Shown: positions 41,566-51,370, counted from the stretch's first letter. The stretch: DNA of 64,000 nucleotides from an uncultured Candidatus Binatia bacterium (GCA_965242525.1 OZ251459.1:2112001-2176000), one strand, 5' to 3'. Program-made: numbers and translations. The notes: a model not told the origin generated them from the sequence alone.

Positions 41566-43202
41566 TTCCGTACAATGTACTGCTAGTCGAGCCCGGATAC
41601 TTCAACAAGTATCCGCCGCTTGGGTTAATGAAGTTGGCAGCATATCATGGCGCTCGCGGTCGTGGCGACCGGGTCCGCTTCGTCAAAGGTGAGGATCGTG
41701 AAGTGTCGCTGGAGTCGTGGGATCGAGTTTATGTAGCTACATTGTTCAGTTTTGAATGGGCGCGTACTGCCGCGGCAATTGATTTTGCCATCCGGACCGT
41801 GCGCGGCCAGACAGAACGGGTATTTGTAGGCGGCATCGCCGCATCGCTTATGCATGAGCACTTTGAGAACGAACCACGATGGTCGGGTGTCCGTTTTATT
41901 AAAGGACTATTGACTGATCCGCCGGCAGTTGCGCTGCGTTTATCAGCAGAAGATTGTGATTTTGGCTTTGACGACCACCAGGGACCCCCTATCGAGGAGT
42001 TGATTCCAGACTACTCCATTCTCGATCAGATCGAATATTCCTATCCTGTCCGAGACGCCTACTTTGGATACGCTTCACGTGGTTGCGTTCGGAAATGTGC
42101 GTTCTGTGGCGTTCCTAAACTGGAAGGCGCTCAGCGCGAAATGCCTTCCCTTACTTCCTTGGTCAAAGGAATCGAAGATGCATACGGACCCAAGAAGGAC
42201 CTGGTGTTGATGGATAATAACGTCACGGCATCCCTGCGATACAAGGAGATAATTGCTGAAATCCGGGATCTCGGCTTCACGCCAGGCGCTAGGCTCGAAC
42301 GCAGTGGGCGACCGCCGATCAAGCGACGCGTGGATTTCAATCAAGGCGTTGACGCGAGGATTCTTGCCAAGTCCCCGCTCTTTCTTAGGGAAATGGCAAA
42401 AATCTGTATCAGTCCTCTTCGTATCGCCTTTGACCACCTTGGGGTACGAAAAGTATATGAGACTTCTGTTCGAATGGCAGCACACCACGGAATCACCTCC
42501 TTATCAAACTATATGCTCTATAACTTTATGGACACTCCCGCAGATCTATACGACCGCATGCGTTTGAATATTACCCTCAATAACGACTTGGGCATCCGTA
42601 TTTGGTCATTTCCGATGCGTTATCAGCCAGTCTATCTCAAGGACCGTTCCCACGTAGGCAAAAATTGGACGAGATACCAACTACGCTCCTTTCAGATTAT
42701 GCTGCAGGCGACTCGAGGGGTTGTTAGCGGCAACCCTTCCTTCTTCATGCGGGCTTACGGAGAAGACAAACGCGACTTCGAACAACTTTTGAGTTTGCCA
42801 CATGCTTTCATTTTTCACCGTGATTACTACGAGAGAGGACCAGGACGAGGCATCCGAGATGACTATGAGACGGCACGACGGCGCCTTTCCAAGTCTCAAG
42901 AACAGGAATTGCTTGGTTTGCTGGAAGGCTCGGACAGTGTACCGGGTTTTCGAAGGGATCGGCTTCGCTCTTTGGTAGCCGACCCTGGCATTGACACATC
43001 TATTCGTAGAGTCATTCGATTTCACTTGCTGGATACAAAAGAGAAACCGCAGAACCCCATTCTGCCGCTCTTCCCCGACCTTAATCCTGATCCAGCTTTC
43101 CCTGACGACGATGAACTTGTCGAGGACGCCGGACTCTTTGATCACGAACACGCCTTGGAACAATCTGAAAAGGCCATCAAAGGAAACCATCATGGTCAAT
43201 GA
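41562..43202 (+). CDS. Radical SAM protein with B12-binding-like N-terminal domain (island gene 5)
   Basis: VLLVEP..YPPLGLMKLAAY, VFVGGIAASL, SRGCVRKCAFC (CxxxCxxC), MDNN, VDFNQGVDAR, LRIAFD. Confidence 0.88.
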   Translation: MIPYNVLLVEPGYFNKYPPLGLMKLAAYHGARGRGDRVRFVKGEDREVSLESWDRVYVATLFSFEWARTAAAIDFAIRTVRGQTERVFVGGIAASLMHEHFENEPRWSGVRFIKGLLTDPPAVALRLSAEDCDFGFDDHQGPPIEELIPDYSILDQIEYSYPVRDAYFGYASRGCVRKCAFCGVPKLEGAQREMPSLTSLVKGIEDAYGPKKDLVLMDNNVTASLRYKEIIAEIRDLGFTPGARLERSGRPPIKRRVDFNQGVDARILAKSPLFLREMAKICISPLRIAFDHLGVRKVYETSVRMAAHHGITSLSNYMLYNFMDTPADLYDRMRLNITLNNDLGIRIWSFPMRYQPVYLKDRSHVGKNWTRYQLRSFQIMLQATRGVVSGNPSFFMRAYGEDKRDFEQLLSLPHAFIFHRDYYERGPGRGIRDDYETARRRLSKSQEQELLGLLEGSDSVPGFRRDRLRSLVADPGIDTSIRRVIRFHLLDTKEKPQNPILPLFPDLNPDPAFPDDDELVEDAGLFDHEHALEQSEKAIKGNHHGQ

Positions 43203-44700
43203 AGCAAGTGCTATGACGACGACGACACGGCAGTCACTTGACTCGATTGGCAGCGACATTCTCAACCTAATTACCCTTGGAATGTACAATAACCCTCTTG
43301 CCATCTATCGCGAGTACATCCAAAACGCTGCGGATGCGCTTGCACGTTCTGGAAGTCGCACTGACGGCCAAGTGGCAATCCATTTTGACAAGTCCGCATC
43401 GTCCATAACGATTCGAGACACCGGACCAGGCCTATCACCGAAGTCCGCAAGACGCGCACTTTTGCCCATTGCCAAGAGCGAAAAGGAATTCCAGGCTGAA
43501 CGCGGTTTTCGCGGCATCGGTCGCTTGTCCGGACTGGCTTTCGGCAAATCCGTCACCTTTCTTACGCGAGCACGAGGAGACCAGCCAGCAACAAGTGTCA
43601 AATGGGACGGACTGAAACTTCGGACAAACATTGACCAGCGCAAACCGATTGAACGGGTACTCAAGGAAGCTGTTACGGTAGAACCGCTAACAAGACCAGA
43701 TTTCCCGCCACACTTCTTCGAGGTCCAAGTGAACGGTATCGCGCGACACGCAGCGGGACTGATACTCAATCGAGACGCGGTCCGGACGTACATTGGCGAA
43801 GTATGTCCTGTCCCTATTTCCCGATCCTTCCCCTTTGCAACCCGGATCCTCGCTTTATTCCAAGCGGAAGCTCCTTTATTCGCGCTGAACCTTGTCTTGG
43901 ATGGCACCCCCGGCCCTGTCACACGCCCCTTTGACGACGCGATTCGATTTTCGGATGACAAGCTAGACAAGTTCACGGAGTTTCAGGAAATCAGGATCCC
44001 ATCGGTAGACCGAGAAGGACATGCGGCAGTTGGCTGGATTGCACATTCAAATTATTTGGGCGCTATTCCCAAGGAACACGCCATTCGAGGTGTTCGAGCA
44101 CGTGCGGGCAACATACAGATTGGGAACGAAGCTGTCTTTGATCACCTTTTTTCTGACGATCGCTTTAATCGCTGGTGTGTTGGCGAACTCCATATCATGG
44201 ACTCGCGTATCATCCCCAATGCTCGCCGTGACTACTTTGAGCCGGGTCCACACATCCGAAACCTGGAGAACCAGCTTATCGCTGTATTTCGAGAAGTAGT
44301 TGCGCGATGCAGGAAGGCATCCGCAGAACGCAACAGGGAACGAAGGTTGCAGTCCGGATTGCGGGAAATCGAGGATGCTTATCACTTGGCACAATCCGGC
44401 TATTTGTCCATGGGAGATTCTCAAGCCTTGATCGCGCGCGGTCTCAACCGTCTCCAAGACTTCCGGAACAACTGGAGCGAGATGAACGCCTGTGCAAAGA
44501 CGGAATTGGAAAACCTTGAATCGAACCTTCAAAAATTCCAGCCTTCACATAGTCATCTACCCGTGGCTAATTTGTCAAAGTTGGAAGCGGCAACGTACAG
44601 AAAGCTTTTTCACGCTTTGGTAGAGACGTCCCCTTCCCCGCGCATTGCCAAAGAAACAATCGAAGCTGTCCTTGTCCACCTACAGCGCAGGGTCGCATGA
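43192..44700 (+). CDS. GHKL ATPase, HSP90/MORC-like (island gene 6)
   Basis: MYNNPLAIYREYIQNAADA, IRDTGPG, GFRGIGRLSG; IPNARRDYFE in the S5-like region. Confidence 0.88.
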   Translation: MVNEASAMTTTTRQSLDSIGSDILNLITLGMYNNPLAIYREYIQNAADALARSGSRTDGQVAIHFDKSASSITIRDTGPGLSPKSARRALLPIAKSEKEFQAERGFRGIGRLSGLAFGKSVTFLTRARGDQPATSVKWDGLKLRTNIDQRKPIERVLKEAVTVEPLTRPDFPPHFFEVQVNGIARHAAGLILNRDAVRTYIGEVCPVPISRSFPFATRILALFQAEAPLFALNLVLDGTPGPVTRPFDDAIRFSDDKLDKFTEFQEIRIPSVDREGHAAVGWIAHSNYLGAIPKEHAIRGVRARAGNIQIGNEAVFDHLFSDDRFNRWCVGELHIMDSRIIPNARRDYFEPGPHIRNLENQLIAVFREVVARCRKASAERNRERRLQSGLREIEDAYHLAQSGYLSMGDSQALIARGLNRLQDFRNNWSEMNACAKTELENLESNLQKFQPSHSHLPVANLSKLEAATYRKLFHALVETSPSPRIAKETIEAVLVHLQRRVA

Positions 44701-44713
44701 GAGGAAACGGCGT

Positions 44714-46195
44714 TCAGAGTTTCTCTACGCGGCTTGCCCTCGAACGCAGAAAGTTGAAATCGGCGTCGTCACCGACATCCGGCATCGCGAGCAAGCGTTC
44801 GATAAAAGTCTCCGGCTGACGCTGCTTCCGCTGTGTCTTCAAGCCGCCCCGCCATTCCAGCAGGACGACTTCTTCTCGAAGCTGTTCGCCGGTCACCGTC
44901 GAAGGGCGTGTCCGAAAGAGGTCGATGCCCATGACCCGGTAGTGCAACGACCGGGCCAAGTCGGCCAGGAGTCGGCCCGTGGGGATACGGACCCGCAGAT
45001 ACGACGCCTGGTCGCCGACCACGTAGGCGAGCCTGGCCCCCGGCTTGAGGACGGCGCGGAGCGACGCGAGGTGTTTCGCCATGCCGCCGAAGTAGAGCCG
45101 CGTGACGCGCGGATACAACCGCTCGAAGCCGGAGGTCTTGCCCAACTCGATACGGCGCTTCTCGATGGCTTCGGCGATGTCCCGTATCTCGGCATGGTCG
45201 GCAACCTCACGATCGTCCGTGTCCGCCTTATAGACGCCCCGGGTGTTGGACCGGATCAGGTTCCGTTTCATGGACCGCAATTCCTGCCGGTCGCGCACCA
45301 GTCCCAGGATGACGGACTCCAACCGTGTGGTGCGCGTGTAGTCCTTTTCGTTGGGATACGGCGGGGAGGTGATCACGGTATCGACGGACCCCGGCTCCAG
45401 CGCTCGATGGATCGCGCGGGCGTCCGCCTCCACGACCCGGGACGGCGCGTCCGTCCGGCCCTTGAGGAGTTCCAGGTCGCCGACGATGGTTCGGAAGCAG
45501 TCGAGCCAGGCGTCGACGGCCGGCGCGTCGTCCTTGATCCGGCCCACGCCGACTTCGGGACCGAACTTCAGGTTCCCGATGCGCAGCACCAGCGCGTTGG
45601 CAAGCGCCAGGCGGCCATAGGGCCGCAGTTGCGGCCGGTCGTGCCGGTCCATGGCGTCCAGCAGGGTCAGCGTCTTGTGGAGGGGCAGCGGACTGATGGA
45701 GTCCTTCAGCAGCAGTTTCGACCGGTCGGGGGGAAGACCCTGCAACACGGGTGGTCCGCTCCCGTTCGCGGCGAAGAGCGGAAGCCCCGCGGCCTCCCGG
45801 ATGCCCTGCCGTTCCAGCGTCCTTCGCGCCGCCGCCGCAACCCGACGGGAATAGTCCGAAAGCGCCGCCGGGTCGGCCGACCAATCGACCTTCACCGAAC
45901 TCGCAAAAGACCCCATGGGGTTCGACTCGACGCCCACGCTGGGAATGCCGAGTTTCTTGCACTCCACCAACGTCGTGCCCGTGCCGCAGAAGGGGTCCAG
46001 GACCGTATGGGAGCGGTCCACGCCGAGCCGTTCCATGTAGTCCCTTACCAAGTGGGGCGGGAACGACAGGACGAACCGATACCATTGATGGGCCGGACGG
46101 TCTTCAGGCCGCAGCCTGTTCCGGTCGCCTTGGGTTCCGCCGGTGTCGGCAACCGCGGCCCGGCCGCTGCGCGTATCGGAAATCAGATCCGCCAT
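44714..46195 (-). CDS. Site-specific amino-DNA methyltransferase (N4-C/N6-A type)
   Basis: HQWYRF, VLDPFCGTGTTLVE, VITSPPY, VVGD; host-like GC. Confidence 0.88.
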   Translation of the reverse strand: MADLISDTRSGRAAVADTGGTQGDRNRLRPEDRPAHQWYRFVLSFPPHLVRDYMERLGVDRSHTVLDPFCGTGTTLVECKKLGIPSVGVESNPMGSFASSVKVDWSADPAALSDYSRRVAAAARRTLERQGIREAAGLPLFAANGSGPPVLQGLPPDRSKLLLKDSISPLPLHKTLTLLDAMDRHDRPQLRPYGRLALANALVLRIGNLKFGPEVGVGRIKDDAPAVDAWLDCFRTIVGDLELLKGRTDAPSRVVEADARAIHRALEPGSVDTVITSPPYPNEKDYTRTTRLESVILGLVRDRQELRSMKRNLIRSNTRGVYKADTDDREVADHAEIRDIAEAIEKRRIELGKTSGFERLYPRVTRLYFGGMAKHLASLRAVLKPGARLAYVVGDQASYLRVRIPTGRLLADLARSLHYRVMGIDLFRTRPSTVTGEQLREEVVLLEWRGGLKTQRKQRQPETFIERLLAMPDVGDDADFNFLRSRASRVEKL

Positions 46196-46259
46196 CGGAG
46201 TTCCTGGCCGAACGGGTCGAGGGAGTCCAGCCTTTCCATGGCAACACGTGCGAGAACCG

Positions 46260-46973
46260 TCAGTCCACCGGAACGCAGGTGACCTCCACCCGTCCGTCAC
46301 CGTGCAGTCGAACCGCGTTGACCGTGCCGGCGTAGGTCGGAGACCCCGAGTAGTAGGCGGGCACCCCGTCTTCGCCCACGCGCACGGCGCGGTTCCAGTG
46401 GCCCAGAGCCACGTAGTCGGCGCGGCTGGCGGCCAAGTTCTCCTGCCGGATCAGCCACGAGCCCAGCAGCAGGCCCGCCCGGGGCGCGTCCTCCACGTAA
46501 TGGCCGTGGGCCACCGCCAACTGCCAGCGGGTGCGCCGCTCGGGCGGCTCGGGCAGGGGCATCATGTCCAGGTAGTCCACGTGGGGACGGCCCCATACCT
46601 CCAGGTCCAGCTCGGGGAAGCCGCTCCGGTCCTCGGTGAGGCCCAGCACGCGCACGTTACCCGCGCCGGCGAACTCGGACCGGCGATAGACCGAATCAGG
46701 AGTCAGGGGGTCGTGGTTGCCCGGCAGGACCACGATGGGGAGGCCGGAGTCGGCCATGACTCCGGCCGCGTCCTCGATGAACCGGGGACCCTGGCGGTTG
46801 TGGTCGAAGGTGTCCCCCGCCAGGATCACCAAGTCGGCGCCCTGGGCGCTCGCAATCGAGAGCACCTGTTGCAGCACCGGCAGGTTGCCGGAATCGTCTT
46901 CGTTCAGGACGCTGTCCGCGCCCAGGTGGAGGTCCGATGTGTGGACGACGAGGACTTCACGCGGTGCGTTCAT
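46260..46973 (-). CDS. Metallophosphoesterase, SbcD/Mre11-like nuclease domain
   Basis: HTSDLHLG, AGDTFD, PGNHD, AHGH, YVALGHW, YSGSP. Confidence 0.88.
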   Translation of the reverse strand: MNAPREVLVVHTSDLHLGADSVLNEDDSGNLPVLQQVLSIASAQGADLVILAGDTFDHNRQGPRFIEDAAGVMADSGLPIVVLPGNHDPLTPDSVYRRSEFAGAGNVRVLGLTEDRSGFPELDLEVWGRPHVDYLDMMPLPEPPERRTRWQLAVAHGHYVEDAPRAGLLLGSWLIRQENLAASRADYVALGHWNRAVRVGEDGVPAYYSGSPTYAGTVNAVRLHGDGRVEVTCVPVD

Positions 46974-47175
46974 GCTGGCGGTTTCTCCCTTCCCGGTGCG
47001 CCGCGGCCTGCGGGGACGCGGCTCCGCGGGCCGCAAGCGCGTCCGTCCCGGGGGCCTGGACCCGCCGGACACCGAGGGCCTGCCGGACGGAGGCGCCCTC
47101 TTCCAACGGCATGTGGTCGGGAGCCCTGGCGCCGGCTGCGGGACGGAAACCGCTGCGGAAGGCCTGCGGCCCGGG

Positions 47176-48198
47176 CTACTTCATCAACTCGGCGTTGATC
47201 CGGTCGAGTTGGAGCTGGGACGGCTGCACCGCGTCCTGGGTCAGATACGCCAGGGGCGTGTCGCAGAGGTTCAGGTCCTCCACGAACTCCGGCCGCTCTT
47301 CATCCAGGTAGATGAGGCCGGTCAGGAACTTGCGCTCGGCCACCGCGGCGTGGAGCGCCGTCACCGCCTGCATCCGGTTGGTGGGGTCGTAGTTGCGTCC
47401 GAGCTTGTGCAGCGTCACGCGGGAACCGTCGTGGAGCGTGACCTCCTGGTCGGTCCCCTCCTCGTAGTCCACCTCGATGTTCTCGTACGGCGGAATGAAG
47501 TCGATGTCGTGGAGCGGGTCCAGGTGCTCCCGGATGTACTTGAGGCTCTTGGTGGAGCCGTGATGGTCGTTGAACGTGACGCAGGGGCTCAGCACGTCGA
47601 GGATGGCGCTCCCCTTGTGGGCCACCGCGCCCTGGATCAGGGGCGCGAGCTGCTTCCGGTCCCCGGAGAAGCTCCGGGCCACGTAGGTGGCGCCCAGGGT
47701 GATGGCCAGCTCGCACAGGTCGATGGCGGGCATGTCGTTGATCTTGCCGCCCTTCATCACCGTGCCCTCGTCCGCGGTGGCCGAGAACTGGCCCTTGGTC
47801 AGGCCGTACACGCCGTTGTTCTCGATGACGTAGGTGATATTCACGTTGCGGCGCATCATGTGGCAGAAGTTCCCCAGCCCGATGGCCGAGGTGTCGCCGT
47901 CGCCGGAGATGCCCAGAGGGATCATCCCGTGGTTGGCCACGTTGGCCCCGGTGGCCACCGACGACATCCGCCCGTGCACCGCGTTGATGCCGAAGGCCTG
48001 GTTCATGAAGTAGTTGGGGGTCTTGGACGAGCAGCCGATGCCGCTCAGCTTGATCACGTTGCGCGGGTCCACGCTGCTGGCGAAGAACGCGCGCATGATG
48101 GACGCGGAGATGGCGTCATGGCCGCAGCCGCGGCACATGGTGGATTCCGCCCCCTTGTAGTCCTTTTCCGTCAGATCGACGCGATTTGCTTTTGCCAT
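47176..48198 (-). CDS. korB: 2-oxoacid:ferredoxin oxidoreductase beta subunit
   Basis: CRGCGH, SGIGCSSK, HGR, SGDGD, NNGVYGLTKGQFS, SPCVTFN. Confidence 0.93.
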   Translation of the reverse strand: MAKANRVDLTEKDYKGAESTMCRGCGHDAISASIMRAFFASSVDPRNVIKLSGIGCSSKTPNYFMNQAFGINAVHGRMSSVATGANVANHGMIPLGISGDGDTSAIGLGNFCHMMRRNVNITYVIENNGVYGLTKGQFSATADEGTVMKGGKINDMPAIDLCELAITLGATYVARSFSGDRKQLAPLIQGAVAHKGSAILDVLSPCVTFNDHHGSTKSLKYIREHLDPLHDIDFIPPYENIEVDYEEGTDQEVTLHDGSRVTLHKLGRNYDPTNRMQAVTALHAAVAERKFLTGLIYLDEERPEFVEDLNLCDTPLAYLTQDAVQPSQLQLDRINAELMK

Positions 48199-50021
48199 GG
48201 CTCGTCCACCTTCGTTTCGATTTCCTCTTCGGTCGTCTCCCGATGCTCCCGGATCTGCCGGACGATCTCGCCCGCGGTGGCGGGGAGGCCGTCGTAGATC
48301 AGCACGCTCACGATCCTCGTGGCGAACTCCGGGTACTCCTCCTTGAAGATCGCCGCCATCTGCGCGTCCCGGTTCTGCTCCATGAGATAGACCACCTCAT
48401 GCGACGCCAGGAACTCCCCGACCTCTTCCGTCAGGGGCAACGCCCTGAGCAGCAGGTGGTCGGTCTCCACCCCCGCAGCCCGAAGCCGGTCCCGGGCCTC
48501 CCGCACCGCCTCGTAGCTCGACCCGAAGCAGACCACGCCGGTGTTCACGCCCGGGCGGCTCTCCACCCACGGCTTGGGCACGAAACCGCGGGCGGTCTCG
48601 TGCTTGAGCCGCAGCCGGTCCAGGGTCTCCTTGTAGTCCTTCTCGTCTTCCGAGTAGCGCGCCTGGGCGTCATGCCCCGAGCCCCGGGCGAAGTAGGCCG
48701 CCTGGGGATGGCGGTTGCCGGGGATGGTGCGCTGGGGCACGCCGTCGCCGTCCACGTCCCGGTACCGCCCGAACCCTCCCTGCTTCTCGATGTCCTCGGC
48801 GCTCACGAGCTTGCCCCGGTCGAAGGGCTCCTGCAGCAGTTCCAGCGGGTCGGAACCCCAGAGGTTCATGCCCAGGTCCAGGTCCATCATGACGAACACC
48901 GGGGTCTGGAACCGGTCCGCCAGGTCGAAGCTCCGGCGCCCCAGGTCGAAGCACGACTTCATGTCGTGGGGGATCAGGACGATGTGGCGCGTGTCGCCGT
49001 GGGAGGCCAGGTGCATCAGGTGGATGTCGGCCTGCTGGGTGCGGGTGGGAAGCCCGGTGGAAGGGCCGCCGCGCTGGATGATGAAATAGACTCCGGGGAT
49101 CTCGGCGAAGTACTGGAGGCCGATGGTCTCGTTCATCAGCGACAGGCCGGGGCCGGAGGTGGAGGTCATGGCCCTGGCGCCCATCCAGCCCGCGCCCGCC
49201 ACCATGTTGGTGGCGCTGATCTCGTCCTCGGCCTGGATCACCGCATAGGTGGCCTTGCCGTCGTCGTCCTTGCGCAACCGCGGCAGGTACCGTTCCAGCG
49301 CCTCGGCCAGGGAGCTGGACGGGGTGATGGGGTACCAGGCCACGAACGTGACCCCGCCGTAGATGGCCCCGATGGCGCAGGCGGTGTTGCCCTCGGTGAC
49401 GATCTTCCCCTTGTTGCCGTCCGGGATCTGCTCCAGCATGGCGATGGACTGGCTCGAACCGTTGTCGCGCATGTGGTCGTAACCGAGCTCGATGCAGAGC
49501 AGGTTGGACTCGATGACCGCGGGCTTGTTGCCGAAGGTGTCGCTCAACACCGCGCGGATGGTCTCCATGTCGATGCCGAACAGGTAGGCCAGCGCTCCCA
49601 CATAGACCATGTTGCGCTGCTTGGCCCTGAGCGGACCCGCCTCCACGTGTTTCTGCACGAGGCCGTTGGCCGGGACCCCGAGGTACTGCACGCCGCCGCG
49701 CTTCAGGGAGTCGGGCAACGGCTTGGTGTCGTCGTAGAGGATCAGGCCGCCGTCCCGGACCCGGTAGATGTCCTTGTCCGCGGTGTCGTCGTTGAACATC
49801 ACCATGACGTCGATCACGTCCTTCCGCCCGAGGTAGCCGTCGGCGTTGGCCCGGATCTGGTACCAGGTGGGCAGGCCCTGGATGTTGGACGGGAACATGT
49901 TCTTGGAGGAGCACGGGATCCCCATCTTGAATATGGACTTGAACAGGATGTTGTTGGACGAAGCGCTTCCCGAACCGTTGGCGGTAGCGACGCAGATGCT
50001 GAGATCGTTGACCACGGGCAT
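48171..50021 (-). CDS. korA: 2-oxoacid:ferredoxin oxidoreductase alpha subunit (gamma-alpha fusion)
   Basis: WYPITPSS, QAEDEI, TSTSGPG, QRGGPSTGLPT, EQN..Q. Confidence 0.93.
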   Translation of the reverse strand: MPVVNDLSICVATANGSGSASSNNILFKSIFKMGIPCSSKNMFPSNIQGLPTWYQIRANADGYLGRKDVIDVMVMFNDDTADKDIYRVRDGGLILYDDTKPLPDSLKRGGVQYLGVPANGLVQKHVEAGPLRAKQRNMVYVGALAYLFGIDMETIRAVLSDTFGNKPAVIESNLLCIELGYDHMRDNGSSQSIAMLEQIPDGNKGKIVTEGNTACAIGAIYGGVTFVAWYPITPSSSLAEALERYLPRLRKDDDGKATYAVIQAEDEISATNMVAGAGWMGARAMTSTSGPGLSLMNETIGLQYFAEIPGVYFIIQRGGPSTGLPTRTQQADIHLMHLASHGDTRHIVLIPHDMKSCFDLGRRSFDLADRFQTPVFVMMDLDLGMNLWGSDPLELLQEPFDRGKLVSAEDIEKQGGFGRYRDVDGDGVPQRTIPGNRHPQAAYFARGSGHDAQARYSEDEKDYKETLDRLRLKHETARGFVPKPWVESRPGVNTGVVCFGSSYEAVREARDRLRAAGVETDHLLLRALPLTEEVGEFLASHEVVYLMEQNRDAQMAAIFKEEYPEFATRIVSVLIYDGLPATAGEIVRQIREHRETTEEEIETKVDEPWQKQIASI

Positions 50022-50169
50022 TTCCTTCTCCAGGGTTGTTTCGGGAGACAGATTCTTGACGGGTCCCTATTGTACCAACACAACGTAGCCTTAACAAGGA
50101 CTTAACCGTTGCCCCGAGGACTTTGCCGCTCCTCGGGCCGGGGGATGCGGCGACCCGACGGCCTCCTCC

Positions 50170-51030
50170 CTATCCCGGCGTGTAGTTCTGGTCGGACTCC
50201 CAGAACTCCTCGATCTCCTTCCATGCCTTGCGCACCACGTCGTCGATGTCGAGCGCCTTGGCGTACTGGAGCACGTCGCCCATGGTCACGATGCCGGTCA
50301 GGTCGCCGCCCTCGCCGGCCACCGGCATGTGCCGGAACCCGTTGTCGCGCATCTTCGCCAGCACTTCCTGGACCGGCGACGCGGGGGCCATGACCAGCGG
50401 GTCGGGCGTCATCACCTCGGCCACCGGCACCTGCCCCATGTCCCTGTCTTCCAGGGCGACCCGGGTGAGCACGTCCCGCTCGGTGAAGATGCCGCGGACC
50501 TTGCCCTCCGCGGAGACCATGACGCAACCCGTCCGGCCGCGCGCCAGCCTGTCGATGACCTCGGTCACCGGCGTGCCCGCGTCCACCGTGGGCACCGCGC
50601 CGGACACCACCTCCCCCACCGTCCGGGTGTCGCGCAGGTCGGCGCCCAACTCCACCACCAGGTTGAGTATCCGCCGCATGGAGACCAGGCCCGCGGTGCG
50701 GCGATCGTCGTCATAGACCAGCAGGTGCCGGGACCGGCCCTTGTACATCATGCCCAGCACATCGACGATGGGCGTCCGCTCCGGCACCCCGGGAAGCGGC
50801 GTGGTCATGACCCGGCGCACGGGGGTCTTGTGGACGTCGAGGGTCCGGTTCATCACCCGCCGCAGGACGTCCTGCTCGGTGAAGATGCCGGACGGCTCGT
50901 CGCCCTCGGTGACGACCACGCGCCCCACCCGGCGATCCACCATGAGCCGGGTCGCTTCCCGTACGGTGCTCGACGGCTCGGCCGTGATGATCGAGCGCGT
51001 CATGATCTCGCTTACCCTGTTGGTCAGCAT
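50170..51030 (-). CDS. Tandem CBS-domain protein (two CBS pairs)
   Basis: GIFTEQD / GIFTERD, VMT.P, RH(L/M) motifs. Confidence 0.9.
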   Translation of the reverse strand: MLTNRVSEIMTRSIITAEPSSTVREATRLMVDRRVGRVVVTEGDEPSGIFTEQDVLRRVMNRTLDVHKTPVRRVMTTPLPGVPERTPIVDVLGMMYKGRSRHLLVYDDDRRTAGLVSMRRILNLVVELGADLRDTRTVGEVVSGAVPTVDAGTPVTEVIDRLARGRTGCVMVSAEGKVRGIFTERDVLTRVALEDRDMGQVPVAEVMTPDPLVMAPASPVQEVLAKMRDNGFRHMPVAGEGGDLTGIVTMGDVLQYAKALDIDDVVRKAWKEIEEFWESDQNYTPG

Positions 51031-51109
51031 GGAAAACCTCCTTGGCGCCCTGCGCGGCCCCGCGGTCGCCGGGGACCGAAGCGTTGCCTCCGGCCGCGTA
51101 TCATACTAA

Positions 51110-51303
51110 GGAACCTCTGGACAATCGGTACAGGCGACATGAGCGCGTCCTTCGACTCCGCTTCGCTACGCTCAGGACGAACGGGGATAGCTCCGCTTCG
51201 CTCAGGACGAACAGGGAGAGATCCTCTACGCTCAGGACGAACGGGGATAGGAGTGTCAGGGTGAGGGAATCCATCCTGGATGTCTCGATTCTTCACAGGC
51301 TCC
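51110..51303 (+). mobile_element. Degenerate MITE of the same family with internal triplication of the REP A right half
   Basis: Ends GGAACCTCTGGACAATC and GATTCTTCACAGGCTCC (13/17 inverted match); flanks CTAA/CTGA; CGCTCAGGACGAAC x3. Confidence 0.7.
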
Positions 51304-51370
51304 CTGATTGTAGTGCCCATCGCGCGCGACGCCAAGCATAAACACGGCAAGCCGTCTTCCGCAATTTCCC

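Noticed and set aside
41562-43202. Radical SAM gene as a prokaryotic viperin
   Set aside because: It is longer than viperins, has a B12-binding-like N-terminal domain, and I see no viperin-type motif context.
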